Below are positions 25,247 to 38,700 of a stretch of DNA of 64,000 bases, one piece after another. The position numbers were made by a program, and so were the translations under genes. Under the pieces are notes generated by a model. The model searched no databases and had not been told where the DNA came from. It worked only from the letters and a program-made list of their open reading frames with translations. The stretch is from Eledone cirrhosa (Eukaryota). The stretch lies in assembly GCA_964016885.1 (NCBI GenBank), contig OZ024744.1, positions 134,540,001-134,604,000 on the forward strand, written 5' to 3'. Position 1 is the stretch's first letter; each line of letters starts with the position of its first letter.

Positions 25247-25420
25247 GACCCCAACTTAACTTAACCCCAACTTCACTCAACCCCAACGTAACTCAACCCC
25301 AACTTAACTTAACCCCAACTTCACTCAACCCCAACTTAACTTAACCCCAACTTCACTCAACCCCAACTTCCAACTTGACTTAATCCCAACTTAACTTAGC
25401 CCCAACTTAACTTAAGCCCT
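25247..25420 (-). repeat. 174-bp inverted satellite block, copy 5, subtype C
   Basis: Junction reads ggggtt|gacccc and the end reads aagccct. Downstream has gggattcag instead of ggggttcag. Confidence 0.96.
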
Positions 25421-28400
25421 AAGTCGGGGTTAAGTTAAGTTGGCGTTAAGTTAAGTTAGGCTTAACTTAAGTTGGGATTCAGTTAAGTTGGGGGTAAGTT
25501 AAGTTGGGGGTAAGTTAAGTTGGGGTTAAGTTAAGTTGCGGTTAAGTTGGGGTTAAGTTAAGTTAGGGTTAAGTTAAGTTGGGGTTGAGTTAAGTTGGGG
25601 TTAATTAAGTGGTGGTTATGTTAAGTTGGGGTTAAGTTAAGTTGGGGTTAATTTAAATTGGGGTTAAGTTAACTTTGTGGTTAAGTTAAGTTGGGGTTAA
25701 TTTAAGTTGGGGTTAAGTTGGGGTTGAGTTAAGTTGGGGTTGAGTGAAGTTGGGGTTAAGTTAAGTTGGGGTTAAGTTAAGTTGGGGTTAAGTTAAGTCG
25801 GGGTTAAGTTAAGTTGTGGTTGAGTTAAGTTGGGGTTAATTTAAGTTGGGGTTAAGTTAAGTTGGGGTTAAGTTAAGTTGGGGTTAAGTTAAGATGGGGT
25901 TAAGTTAAGTTGGGGTTAAGTTAAGTTGAGGTTAAGTTAAGTTGGGGTTAAATTAAGTTGGGGTTAAGTTAAGTTGGGGTTAAGTTAAGTTGGGGTTAAG
26001 TTAAGTTGGGGATAAGTTAAGTTGGGGATAATTTAAGTTGGGGTTAAGTTAAATTGGGTTTCAGTTAAGTTGGGGTTAAGTTAATTTGTGGTTAAGTTAA
26101 GTTGGGGTTAAGTTAAGTTGGGGTTAAGTTAAGTTGGGGTTAAGTTAAGTCGGGGTTAAGTTAAGTTGGGGTTAAGTTAAGTTGGGGTTAATTTAAGTTG
26201 GGGTTAAGTTAAGTTGGGGTTAAGTTAAGTTGGGGTTAATTTAAGATGGGGTTAAGTTAAGTTGGGGTTAAGTTAAGTTGAGGTTAAGTTAAGTTGGGGT
26301 TAAATTAAGTTGGGGTTAAGTTAAGTTGGGGTTAAGTTAAGTTGGGGTTAAGTTAAGTTGGGGATAAGTTAAGTTGGGGATAATTTAAGTTGGGGTTAAG
26401 TTAAGTTGGGTTTAAGTTAAGTTGGGGTTAAGTTAAGTTGGGGTTAAGTTAAGTTGGGGTTAAGTTAAGTTGGGGTTAAGTTAAGTTGGGGCTAAGTTAA
26501 GTTGGGGCTGAGTTAAGTTGGGGTTAAGTTAAGTTGGGGTTAAGTTAAGTTGGGGTTAAGTTAAGTTGGGGTTTATTTAAGTTGGGGTTAAGTTACGTTG
26601 GGGTTCATTTAAGTTGGGGTTAAGTTAAGTCGGGGTTAAGTTAAGTCGGGGTTAAGTTAAGTTAGGGTTCAGTTAAGTTGGGGTTAAGTTAAGTTGGGCT
26701 TGAGTTAAGTTGGGGTTGAGTTAAATTGGGGTTGAGTTAAGTTGGGGTTGAGTTAAGTTGGTGTTGAGTTAAGTTGGGGTTAAGTTAAGTTGGGGTTAAG
26801 TTAAGTTGCAGTTAAGTTAAGTTGAGGTTAAGTTAAGGTGGGGTTAAGTTAAGTCGGGGTTAAGTTAAGTTGTGGTTGAGTTAAGTTGGGGTTAATTTAA
26901 GTTGGGGCTAAGTTAATTTGTGGTTAAGTTAAGTTGGGGTTAACTTAAGTTGGGGTTAAGTTAAGTTGGGGTTGAGTTAAGTTGGGGTTGAGTTAATTTG
27001 GGGTTAAGTTAAGTTGGGGTTAATTTAAGTTGGGTTTAAGTTAATTTGGGGTTAAATTAAGTTGGGGTTAAATTAAGTTGGGGTTAAGTTATGTTGGGGG
27101 TAAGTTAAGTTGGGGGCAAGTTAAGTTGGGGTTAATTTAAGTTGGGGTTAAATTAAGTTGGGGTTACGTTAAGTTGGTGTTAAGTTAAGTTGGGGTTAAT
27201 TTAAGTTGGGGTTAATTAAGTTGGGGTTAAGTTAAGTTGGGGTTAAGTTAAGTTGGGGTTAATTTAAGTTGGGGTTGAGTTAAGTTGGGGTTAAGTTAAG
27301 TTGGGGTTATATTAAGTTGGGGTTAAGTTAAGTTGGGGTTCAGTTAAGTTGGGGATAAGTTAAGTTGGGGTTAAGTTAAGTTGGGGTTAAGTTAAGTTGG
27401 GGTTAAGTTAAGTTGGTGTTAAGTTAAGTTGGGGCTAAGTTAAGTTGGGGCTGAGTTAAGTTGGGGCTGAGTTAAGTTGGGGTTAAGTTAAGTTGGGGTT
27501 GAGTTAAGTTGGGGTTAAGTTAAGTTGGGGTCAAGTTAAGTTGGGGTTAAGTTGGGGTTAAGTTAAGTTAGGTTTAAGTTAAGTTGGGGTTAAGTTAATT
27601 TGGGGTTAAGTTAAGTTGGGGTTAAGTTAAGTTGGGGTTAATTTAAGTTGGGGTTAAGTTAAGTTGGGGTTAAGTTAAGTTGGGGTTAAGTTAAGTTGGG
27701 GTTAAGTTAATTTGTGGTTAAGTTAAGTTGGGGTTAAGTTAAGTTCGGGTTAAGTTAAGTTGGGGTTAAGTTAAGTCGGGGTTAAGTTAAGTTGGGGTTA
27801 AGTTAAGTTGGGGTTAATTTAAGTTGGGGTTAAGTTAAGTTGGGGTTAAGTTAAGTTGGGGTTAAGTTAAGTTGGGGTTAAGTTAAGTTGAGGTTAAGTT
27901 AAGTTGGGGTTAAATTAAGTTGGGGTTAAGTTAAGTTGGGGTTAAGTTAAGTTGGGGTTAAGTTAAGTTGGGGATAAGTTAAGTTGGGGATAATTTAAGT
28001 TGGGGTTAAGTTAAGTTGGGTTTAAGTTAAGTTGGGGTTAAGTTAAGTTGGGGATAAGTTAAGTTGGGGTTAAGTTAAGTTGGGGTTAAATTAAGTTGGG
28101 GTTAAGTTAAGTTGGGGCTAAGTTAAGTTGGGGCTGAGTTAAGTTGGGGTTACATTAAGTTGGGGTTAAGTTAAGTTGGGGTTAAGTTAAGTTGGGGTTT
28201 ATTTAAGTTGGGGTTAAATTAAGTTGGGGTTCAGTTAAGTTGGGGTTAAGTTAAGTTGGGGTTAAGATGGGGTTAAATTAAGTTGGGGTTAAGTTAAGTT
28301 GGGGTTAAGTTAAGTTGGGGTTAAGTTAAGTTGGGGTTAAGTTAAGTCGGGGTTAAGTTAAGTCGGGGTTAAGTTAAGTTAGGGTTCAGTTAAGTTGGGG

Positions 28401-30069
28401 TTAAGTTAAGTTGGGGTTGAGTTAAGTTGGGGTTGAGTTAAATTGGGGTTGAGTTAAGTTGGGGTTGAGTTAAGTTGGTTTTGAGTTGAGTTGGGGTTAA
28501 GTTAAGTTGGGGTTAAGTTAAGTTGGGGTCAAGTTAAGTTGGGGTTAAGTTAAGTTGGTTAGTTAAGTTGAGTTTAAGTTAAGTTGGGGTTAATTTAAGT
28601 TGGGGTTAAGTTAAGTTGGGGTTAAGTTAAGTTGGGGTTAAGTTAAGTTGGGGTTAAGTTAAGTCGGGGTTAATTTAAGTCGGGGTTAAGTTAAGTTAGG
28701 GTTCAGTTAAGTTGGGGTTAAGTTAAGTTGGGGTTGAGTTAAGTTGGGGTTGAGTTAAATTGGGGTTGAGTTAAGTTGGTTTTGAGTTAAGTTGGTGTTG
28801 AGTTAAGTTGGGGTTAAGTTAAGTTGGGGTTAAGTTAAGTTGCAGTTAAGCTAAGTTGAGGTTTAGTTAAGGTGGGGTTAAGTTAAGTCGGGGTTAAGTT
28901 AAGTTGTGGTTGAGTTAAGTTGGGGTTAATTTAAGTTGGGGCTGAGTTAATTTGTGGTTAAGTTAAGCTGGGGTTAAGTTAAGTTGGGGTTGAGTTAAGT
29001 TGGGGTTGAGTTAATTTGGGGTTAAGTTAAGTTGGGGTTAATTTAAGTTGGGTTTAAGTTAAGTTGGGGTTAAATTAAGTTGGGGTTAAATTAAGTTGGG
29101 GTTAAGTTAAGTTGGGGGTAAGTTAAGTTGGGGGCAAGTTAAGTTGGGGTTAATTTAAGTTGGGGTTAAATTAAGTTGGGGTTACGTTAAGTTGGTGTTA
29201 AGTTAAGTTGGGGTTAATTTAAGTTGGGGTTAATTAAGTTGGGGTTAAGTTAAGTTGGGGTTAAGTTAAGTTGGGGTTATATTAAGTTGGGGTTAAGTTA
29301 AGTTGGGGTTCAGTTAAGTTGGGGATAAGTTAAGTTGGGGTTAAGTTAAGTTGGGGTTAATTAAGTTGGGGTTAAGTTAAGTTGGGGTTAAGTTAAGTTG
29401 GGGCTAAGTTAAGTTGCAGTTAAGTTAAGTTGAGGTTAAGTTAAGGTGGGGTTAAGTTAAGTCGGGGTTAAGTTAAGTTGTGGTTGAATTAAGTTGGGGC
29501 TAAGTTAATTTGTGGTTAAGTTAAGTTGGGGTTAAGTTAAGTTGGGGTTAAGTTAAGTTGGGGTTGAGTTAAGTTGGGGTTGAGTTAATTTGGGGTTAAG
29601 TTAAGTTGGGATTAAGTTAAGTTGGGTTTAAGTTAAGTTGGGGTTAAATTAAGTTGGGGTTAAATTAAGTTGGGGTTAAGTTAAGTTGGGGGTAAGTTAA
29701 GTTGGGGGCAAGTTAAGTTGGGGTTAATTTAAGTTGGGGTTAAATTAAGTTGGGGTAACGTTAAGTTGGTGTTAAGTTAAGTTGGGGTTAATTTAAGTTG
29801 GGGTTAATTAAGTTGGGGTTAAGTTAAGTTGGGGTTAAGTTAAGTTGGGGTTAATTTAAGTTGGGGTTGAGTTAAGTTGGGGTTGAGTTAAGTTGGGGAT
29901 AAGTTAAGTTGGGGTTAAGTTAAGTTGGGGTTAAGTTAAGTTGGGGTTAAGTTAAGTTGGTGTTAAGTTAAGTTGGGGCTAAGTTAAGTTGGGGCTGAGT
30001 TAAGTTGGGGCTGAGTTAAGTTGGGGTTAAGTTAAGTTGGGGTTGAGTTAAGTTGGGGTTAAGTTAAGT

Positions 30070-33000
30070 TGGGGATAAGTTAAGTTGGGGATAATTTAAG
30101 TTGGGGTTAAGTTAAGTTGGGTTTAAGTTAAGTTGGGGTTAAGTTAAGTTGGGGATAAGTTAAGTTGGGGTTAAGTTAAGTTGGGGATAAGTTAAGTTGG
30201 GGTTAAGTTAAGTTGGGGCTAAGTTAAGTTGGGGCTGAGTTAAGTTGGGGTTAAGTTAAGTTGGGGTTAAGTTAAGTTGGGGTTAATTTAAGTTGGGGTT
30301 TATTTAAGTTGGGGTTACGTTAAGTTGGTGTTAAGTTAAGTTGGGGTTAATTTAAGTTGGGGTTAATTAAGTTGGGGTTAAGTTAAGTTGGGGTTAAGTT
30401 AAGTTGGGGTTAATTTAAGTTGGGGTTGAGTTAAGTTGGGGTTAAGTTAAGTTGGGGTTATATTAATTTGGGGTTAAGTTAAGTTGGGGTTCAGTTAAGT
30501 TGGGGATAAGTTAAGTTGGGGTTAAGTTAAGTTGGGGTTAAGTTAAGTTGGGGTTAAGTTAAGTTGGTGTTAAGTTAAGTTGGGGCTAAGTTAAGTTGGG
30601 GCTGAGTTAAGTTGGGGCTGAGTTAAGTTGGGGTTAAGTTAAGTTGGGGTCAAGTTAAGTTGGGGTTAAGTTGGGGTTAAGTTAAGTTAGGTTTAAGTTA
30701 AGTTGGGGTTAAGTTAAGTTGGGGTTGAGTTAAGTTGGGGTTAAGTTAAGTTGGGGTTAAGTTAAGTTGGGGTTAAGTTAATTTGTGGTTAAGTTAAGTT
30801 GGGGTTAAGTTAAGTTGGGGTTAAGTTAAGTTGGGGTTAAGTTAAGTTGGGGTTAATTTAAGTTGGGGTTAATTTAAGTTGGGGTTAAGTTAAGTTGGGG
30901 TCAAGTTAAGTTGGGGTTAAGTTGGGGTTAAGTTAAGTTAGGTTTAAGTTAAGTTGGGGTTAAGTTAAGTTGGGGTTAAGTTAAGTTGGGGTTAAGTTAA
31001 GTTGGGGTTAAGTTAAGTTGGGGTTAAGTTAATTTGTGGTTAAGTTAAGTTGGGGTTAAGTTAAGTTGGGGTTAAGTTAAGTTGGGGTTAAGTTAAGTCG
31101 GGGTTAAGTTAAGTTGGGGTTAAGTTAAGTTGGGGTTAATTTAAGTTGGGGTTAAGTTAAGTTGGGGTTAAGTTAAGTTTGGGTTAAGTTAAGATGGGGT
31201 TAAGTTAAGTTGGGGTTAAGTTAAGTTCAGGTTAAGTTAAGTTGGGGTTAAATTAAGTTGGGGTTAAGTTAAGATGGGGTTAAGTCAAGTTGGGGTTAAG
31301 TTAAGTTGGGGATAAGTTAAGTTGGGGATAATTTAAGTTGGGGTTAAGTTAAGTTGGGTTTAAGTTAAGTTGGGGTTAAGTTAAGTTGGGGTTAAGTTAA
31401 GTTGGGGTTAAGTTAAGTTGGGGTTAAGTTAAGTTGGGGCTAAGTTAAGTTGGGGCTGAGTTAATTGGGGTTAAGTTAAGTTGGGGTTAATTTAAGTTGG
31501 GGTTAAGTTAAGTTGGAGTTTATTTAAGTTGGGGTTAAGTTAAGTTGGGGTTCAGTTAAGTTGGGGTTAAGTTAAGTTGGTTTAAGATGGGGTTAAATTA
31601 AGTTGGGGTTAAGTTAAGTTGGGGTTAAGTTAAGTTGGGGTTAAGTTAAGTTGGGGTTAAGTTAAGTCGGGGTTAAGTTAAGTCGGGGTTAAGTTAAGTT
31701 AGAGTTCAGTTAAGTTGGGGTTAAGTTAAGTTGGGGTTGAGTTAAGTTGGGGTTGAGTTAAATTGGGGTTGAGTTAAGTTGGGGTTGAGTTATGTTGGTG
31801 TTGAGTTAAGTTGGGGTTAAGTTAAGTTGGGGTTAAGTTAATTTGTGGTTAAGTTAAGTTGGGGTTAAGTTAAGTTGGGGTTAAGTTAAGTTGGGTTAAG
31901 TTAAGTCGGGGTTAAGTTAAGTTGGGGTTAAGTTAAGTTGGGGTTAATTTAAGTTGGGGTTAAGTTAAGTTGGGGTTAAGTTAAGTTGGGGTTAAGTTGG
32001 GGTTAAGTTAAGTTGGGGTTAAGTTAAGTTGAGGTTAAGTTAAGTTGGGGTTAAATTAAGTTGGGTTTAAGTTAAGTTGGGGTTAAGTTAAGTTGGGTTT
32101 AAGTTAAGTTGGGGTTAAGTTAAGTTGGGGTTAAGTTAAGTTGGGGCTAAGTTAAGTTGGGGCTGAGTTAAGTTGGGGTTAAGTTAAGTTGGGGTTAAGT
32201 TAAGTTGGGGTTAAGTTAAGTTGGGGATAAGTTAAGTTGGGGATAATTTAAGTTGGGGTTAAGTTAAGTTGGGTTTAAGTTAAGTTGGGGTTAAGTTAAT
32301 TTGTGGTTAAGTTAAGTTGGGGTTAAGTTAAGTTGGGGTTAAGTTAAGTTGGGGTTAAGTTAAGTCGGGGTTAAGTTAAGTTGGGGTTAAGTTAAGTTGG
32401 GGTTAATTTAAGTTGGGGTTAAGTTAAGTTGGGGTTAAGTTAAGTTGGGGTTAATTTAAGATGGGGTTAAGTTAAGTTGGGGTTAAGTTAAGTTGAGGTT
32501 AAGTTAAGTTGGGGTTAAATTAAGTTGGGGTTAAGTTAAGTTGGGGTTAAGTTAAGTTGGGGTTAAGTTAAGTTGGGGATAAGTTAAGTTGGGGATAATT
32601 TAAGTTGGGGTTAAGTTAAGTTGGGTTTAAGTTAAGTTGGGGTTAAGTTAAGTTGGGGTTAAGTTAAGTTGGGGTTAAGTTAAGTTGGGGTTAAGTTAAG
32701 TTGGGGTTAAGTTAAGTTGGGGTTTATTTAAGTTGGGGTTAAGTTACGTTGGGGTTCATTTAAGTTGGGGTTAAGTTAAGTCGGGGTTAAGTTAAGTCGG
32801 GGTTAAGTTAAGTTAGGGTTCAGTTAAGTTGGGGTTAAGTTAAGTTGGGCTTGAGTTAAGTTGGGGTTGAGTTAAGTTGGGGTTAAGTTAAGTTGGGGTT
32901 AAGTTAAGTTGAGGTTAAGTTAAGTTGGGGTTAAATTAAGTTGGGGTTAAGTTAAGTTGGGGTTAAGTTAAGTTGGGGTTAAGTTAAGTTGGGGATAAGT

Positions 33001-35150
33001 TAAGTTGGGGATAATTTAAGTTGGGGTTAAGTTAAGTTGGGTTTAAGTTAAGTTGGGGTTAAGTTAAGTTGGGGATAAGTTAAGTTGGGGTTAAGTTAAG
33101 TTGGGGATAAGTTAAGTTGGGGTTAAGTTAAGTTGGGGCTAAGTTAAGTTGGGGCTGAGTTAAGTTGGGGTTAAGTTAAGTTGGGGTTAAGTTAAGTTGG
33201 GGTTAATTTAAGTTGGGGTTTATTTAAGTTGGGGTTACGTTAAGTTGGTGTTAAGTTAAGTTGGGGTTAATTTAAGTTGGGGTTAATTAAGTTGGGGTTA
33301 AGTTAAGTTGGGGTTAAGTTAAGTTGGGGTTAATTTAAGTTGGGGTTGAGTTAAGTTGGGGTTAAGTTAAGTTGGGGTTATATTAATTTGGGGTTAAGTT
33401 AAGTTGGGGTTCAGTTAAGTTGGGGATAAGTTAAGTTGGGGTTAAGTTAAGTTGGGGTTAAGTTAAGTTGGGGTTAAGTTAAGTTGGTGTTAAGTTAAGT
33501 TGGGGCTAAGTTAAGTTGGGGCTGAGTTAAGTTGGGGCTGAGTTAAGTTGGGGTTAAGTTAAGTTGGGGTCAAGTTAAGTTGGGGTTAAGTTGGGGTTAA
33601 GTTAAGTTAGGTTTAAGTTAAGTTGGGGTTAAGTTAAGTTGGGGTTGAGTTAAGTTGGGGTTAAGTTAAGTTGGGGTTAAGTTAAGTTGGGGTTAAGTTA
33701 ATTTGTGGTTAAGTTAAGTTGGGGTTAAGTTAAGTTGGGGTTAAGTTAAGTTGGGGTTAAGTTAAGTTGGGGTTAATTTAAGTTGGGGTTAATTTAAGTT
33801 GGGGTTAAGTTAAGTTGGGGTCAAGTTAAGTTGGGGTTAAGTTGGGGTTAAGTTAAGTTAGGTTTAAGTTAAGTTGGGGTTAAGTTAAGTTGGGGTTAAG
33901 TTAAGTTGGGGTTAAGTTAAGTTGGGGTTAAGTTAAGTTGGGGTTAAGTTAATTTGTGGTTAAGTTAAGTTGGGGTTAAGTTAAGTTGGGGTTAAGTTAA
34001 GTTGGGGTTAAGTTAAGTCGGGGTTAAGTTAAGTTGGGGTTAAGTTAAGTTGGGGTTAATTTAAGTTGGGGTTAAGTTAAGTTGGGGTTAAGTTAAGTTG
34101 GGGTTAAGTTAAGATGGGGTTAAGTTAAGTTGGGGTTAAGTTAAGTTCGGGTTAAGTTAAGTTGGGGTTAAATTAAGTTGGGGTTAAGTTAAGATGGGGT
34201 TAAGTCAAGTTGGGGTTAAGTTAAGTTGGGGATAAGTTAAGTTGGGGATAATTTAAGTTGGGGTTAAGTTAAGTTGGGTTTAAGTTAAGTTGGGGTTAAG
34301 TTAAGTTGGGGTTAAGTTAAGTTGGGGTTAAGTTAAGTTGGGGTTAAGTTAAGTTGGGGCTAAGTTAAGTTGGGGCTGAGTTAAGTTGGGGTTAAGTTAA
34401 GTTGGGGTTAAGTTAAGTTGGGGTTAAGTTAAGTTGGAGTTTATTTAAGTTGGGGTTAAGTTAAGTTGGGGTTCAGTTAAGTTGGGGTTAAGTTAAGTTG
34501 GTTTAAGATGGGGTTAAATTAAGTTGGGGTTAAATTAAGTTGGGGTTAAGTTAAGTTGGGGTTAAGTTAAGTTGGGGTTAAGTTAAGTCGGGGTTAAGTT
34601 AAGTCGGGGTTAAGTTAAGTTAGAGTTCAGTTAAGTTGGGGTTAAGTTAAGTTGGGGCTGAGTTAAGTTGGGGTTGAGTTAAATTGGGGTTGAGTTAAGT
34701 TGGGGTTGAGTTATGTTGGTGTTGAGTTAAGTTGGGGTTAAGTTAAGTTGGGGTTAAGTTAATTTGTGGTTAAGTTAAGTTGGGGTTAAGTTAAGTTGGG
34801 GTTAAGTTAAGTTGGGTTAAGTTAAGTCGGGGTTAAGTTAAGTTGGGGTTAAGTTAAGTTGGGGTTAATTTAAGTTGGGGTTAAGTTAAGTTGGGGTTAA
34901 GTTAAGTTGGGGTTAAGTTGGGGTTTAGTTAAGTTGGGGTTAAGTTAAGTTGAGGTTAAGTTAAGTTGGGGTTAAATTAAGTTGGGTTTGAGTTAAGTTG
35001 GGGTTAAGTTAAGTTGGGTTTAAGTTAAGTTGGGGTTAAGTTAAGTTGGGGTTAAGTTAAGTTGGGGCTAAGTTAAGTTGGGGCTGAGTTAAGTTGGGGT
35101 TAAGTTAAGTTGGGGTTAAGTTAAGTTGGGGTTAAGTTAAGTTGGGGTTA
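30070..35150 (+). repeat. ~2.92 kb-period local duplication inside the inversion-free zone
   Basis: Rare markers ttatattaatttgg at ~30459/~33379 and agagttcag at 31701/34622 (offsets 2,920-2,921). Confidence 0.8.
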
Positions 35151-35220
35151 AGTTAAGTTGGGGTTCAGTTAAGTTGGGGTTAAGTTAAGTTGGGGTTAAG
35201 TTAAGTTGGGGTTAAGTTAA

Positions 35221-35700
35221 GTTGGGGTTAAGTTAAGTCGGGGTTAAGTTAAGTCGGGGTTAAGTTAAGTTAGGGTTCAGTTAAGTTGGAGTTAAGTTAA
35301 GTTGGGGTTGAGTTAAGTTGGGGTTGAGTTAAATTGGGGTTGAGTTAAGTTGGGGTTGAGTTATGTTGGTGTTGAGTTAAGTTGGGGTTAAGTTAAGTTG
35401 GGGTTAAGTTAATTTGTGGTTAAGTTAAGTTGGTGTTAAGTTAAGTTGGGGTTAAGTTAAGTTGGGGTTAAGTTAAGTCGGGGTTAAGTTAAGTCGGGGT
35501 TAAGTTAAGTTAGGGTTCAGTTAAGTTGGAGTTAAGTTAAGTTGGGGTTGAGTTAAGTTGGGGTTGAGTTAAATTGGGGTTGAGTTAAGTTGGGGTTGAG
35601 TTATGTTGGTGTTGAGTTAAGTTGGGGTTAAGTTAAGTTGGGGTTAAGGTAATTTGTGGTTAAGTTAAGTTGGGGTTAAGTTAAGTTGGGGTTAAGTTAA
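35221..35700 (+). repeat. 240-bp (15-monomer) direct tandem duplication
   Basis: 35221-35460 and 35461-35700 share the same variant string (tcgggg x2, agggttcag, ggag, ttaaatt, ttatgttggtg, tttgtgg) with about 2 differences. Confidence 0.88.
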
Positions 35701-38700
35701 GTTGGGTTAAGTTAAGTCGGGGTTAAGTTAAGTTGGGGTTAAGTTAAGTTGGGGTTAATTTAAGTTGGGGTTAAGTTAAGTTGGGGTTAAGTTAAGTTGG
35801 GGTTAAGTTAAGTTGGGGTTAAGTTAAGTTGGGGTTAAGTTAAGTTGAGGTTAAGTTAAGTTGGGGTTAAATTAAGTTGGGGTTAAGTTAAGTTGGGGTT
35901 AAGTTAAGTTGGGGTTAAGTTAAGTTGGGGATAATTTAAGTTGGGGATAATTTAAGTTGGGGTTAAGTTAAGTTGGGTTTAAGTTAAGTTGGGGTTAAGT
36001 TAAGTTGGGGATAAGTTAAGTTGGGGTTAAGTTAAGTTGGGGTTAAGTTAAGTTGGGGTTAAGTTAAGTTGGGGTTAATTTAAGTTGGGGTTTATTTAAG
36101 TTGGGGTTACGTTAAGTTGGTGTTAAGTTTAGTTGGGGTTAATTTAAGTTGGGGTTAATTAAGTTGGGGTTAAGTTAAGTTGGGGTTAATTTAAGTTGGG
36201 GTTGAGTTAAGTTGGTGTTGAGTTAAGTTGGGGTTAAGTTAAGTTGGGGTTAAGTTAAGTTGCAGTTAAGTTAAGTTGAGGTTAAGTTAAGGTGCGGTTA
36301 AGTTAAGTTGGGGTTAAGTTAAGTTGGGGCTAAGTTAAGTTGGGGCTAAGTTAAGTTGGGGTTAAGTTAAGTTGGGGTTAAGTTAAGTCGGGGTTAAGTT
36401 AAGTTGTGGTTAAGTTAAGTTGAGGTTAATTTAAGTTGGGGTTAAGTTAAGTTGGGGTTAAGTTAAGTTGGGGTTAAGTTAAGTTGGGGTTAAGTTAAGT
36501 CGGGGTTAATTTAAGTCGGGGTTAAGTTAAGTTAGGGTTCAGTTAAGTTGGGGTTAAGTTAAGTTGGGGTTAAGTTAAGTTGCGGTTGAGTTAAGTTGGG
36601 GTTGAGTTAATTTGGGGTTAAGTTAAGTTGGGGTTAAGTTAAGTTGGGTTTAAGTTAAGTTGGGGTTAAATTAAGTTGGGGTTAAATTAAGTTGGGGTTA
36701 AGTTAAGTTGGGGGTAAGTTAAGTTGGGGGCAAGTTAAGTTGGGGTTAATTTAAGTTGGGGTTAAATTAAGTTGGGGTTACGTTAAGTTGGTGTTAAGTT
36801 AAGTTGGGGTTAATTTAAGTTGGGGTTAATTAAGTTGGGGTTAAGTTAAGTTGGGGTTAAGTTAAGTTGGGGTTAATTTAAGTTGGGGTTGAGTTAAGTT
36901 GGGGTTAAGTTAAGTTGGGGTTATATTAAGTTGGGGTTAAGTTAAGTTGGGGTTCAGTTAAGTTGGGGATAAGTTAAGTTGGGGTTAAGTTAAGTTGGGG
37001 TTAATTAAGTTGGGGTTAAGTTAAGTTGGGGTTAAGTTAAGTTGGGGCTAAGTTAAGTTGGGGCTGAGTTAAGTTGGGGCTGAGTTAAGTTGGGGTTAAG
37101 TTAAGTTGGGGTTGAGTTAAGTTGGGGTTAAGTTAAGTTGGGGTCAAGTTAAGTTGGGGTTAAGTTGGGGTTAAGTTAAGTTAGGTTTAAGTTAAGTTGG
37201 GGTTAAGTTAAGTTGGGGTTAAGTTAAGTTGGGGTTAAGTTAAGTTGGGGTTAAGTTAATTTGTGGTTTAGTTAAGTTGGGGTTAAGTTAAGTTGGGGTT
37301 AAGTTAAGTTGGGGTTAAGTTAAGTCGGGGTTAAGTTAAGTTGGGGTTAAGTTAAGTTGGGGTTAAGTTAAGTTGGGGTTAAGTTAAGTTGGGGTTAAGT
37401 TAAGTTGGGGTTAAGTTAAGTTGAGGTTAAGTTAAGTTGGGGTTAAATTAAGTTGGGGTTAAGTTAAGTTGGGGTTAAGTTAAGTTGGGGTTAAGTTAAG
37501 TTGGGGATAAGTTAAGTTGGGGATAATTTAAGTTGGGGTTAAGTTAAGTTGGGTTTAAGTTAAGTTGGGGTTAAGTTAAGTTGGGGATAAGTTAAGTTGG
37601 GGTTAAGTTAAGTTGGGGTTAAGTTAAGTTGGGGTTCAGTTAAGTTGGGGCTAAGTTAAGTTGGGGCTGAGTTAAGTTGGGGTTAAGTTAAGTTGGGGTT
37701 AAGTTAAGTTGGGGTTAATTTAAGTTGGGGTTTATTTAAGTTGGGGTTAAGTTAAGTTGGGGTTCAGTTAAGTTGGGGTTAAGTTAAGTTGGGGTTAAGA
37801 TGGGGTTAAATTAAGTTGGGGTTAAGTTAAGTTGGGGTTAAGTTAAGTTGGGGTTAAGTTAAGTCGGGGTTAAGTTAAGTCGGGGTTAAGTTAAGTTAGG
37901 GTTCAGTTAAGTTGGGGTTAAGTTAAGTTGTGGTTGAGTTAAGTTGGGGTTGATTTAAATTGGGGTTGAGTTAAGTTGGGGTTGAGTTAAGTTGGTGTTG
38001 AGTTAAGTTGGGGTTAATTTAAGTTGGGGCTAAGTTAAGTTGGGACTGAGTTAAGTTGGGGTTAAGTTAAGTTGGGGTTAAGTTAAGTTGGGGTTAAGTT
38101 AAGTTGGAGTTTATTTAAGTTAGGGTTAAGTTAAGTTGGGGTTCATTTAAGTTGGGGTTAAGTTAAGTTGCGGTTAAGTTAAGTCGGGGTTAAGTTAAGT
38201 CGGGGTTAAGTTAAGTTAGGGTTCAGTTAAGTTGGGGTTAAGTTAAGTTGGGGTTGAGTTAAGTTGGGGTTGAGTTAAATTGGGGTTGAGTTAAGTTGGG
38301 GTTGAGTTAAGTTGGTGTTGAGTTAAGTTGGGGTTAAGTTAAGTTGGGGTTAAGTTAATTTGTGGTTAAGTTAAGTTGGGGTTAAGTTAAGTTGGGGTTA
38401 AGTTAAGTTGGGGTTAAGTTAAGTCGGGGTTAAGTTAAGTTGGGGTTGAGTTAAGTTGGGGTTAATTTAAGTTGGGGTTAAGTTAAGTTGGGGTTAAGTT
38501 AAGTTGGGGTTAAGTTAAGTTGGGGTTAAGTTAAGTTGGGGTTAAGTTAAGTTGAGGTTAAGTTAAGTTGGGGTTAAATTAAGTTGGGGTTAAGTTAAGT
38601 TGGGGTTAAGTTAAGTTGGGGTTAAGTTAAGTTGGGGATAAGTTAAGTTGGGGATAATTTAAGTTGGGGTTAAGTTAAGTTGGGTTTAAGTTAAGTTGGG

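Larger units (their letters stand above)
13300..30450 (+). repeat. First copy of a ~17 kb segment that recurs ~31.5-31.75 kb downstream (super-higher-order repeat); boundaries approximate
   Basis: Inversion order A,B,C at 14489/19442/25247 recurs at 45983/51187/56944. Rare markers recur at a constant 31,649 offset: tacatt 28151/59800, gcagttaagctaag 28842/60491, ggggtaacg 29752/61401. Confidence 0.85.
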
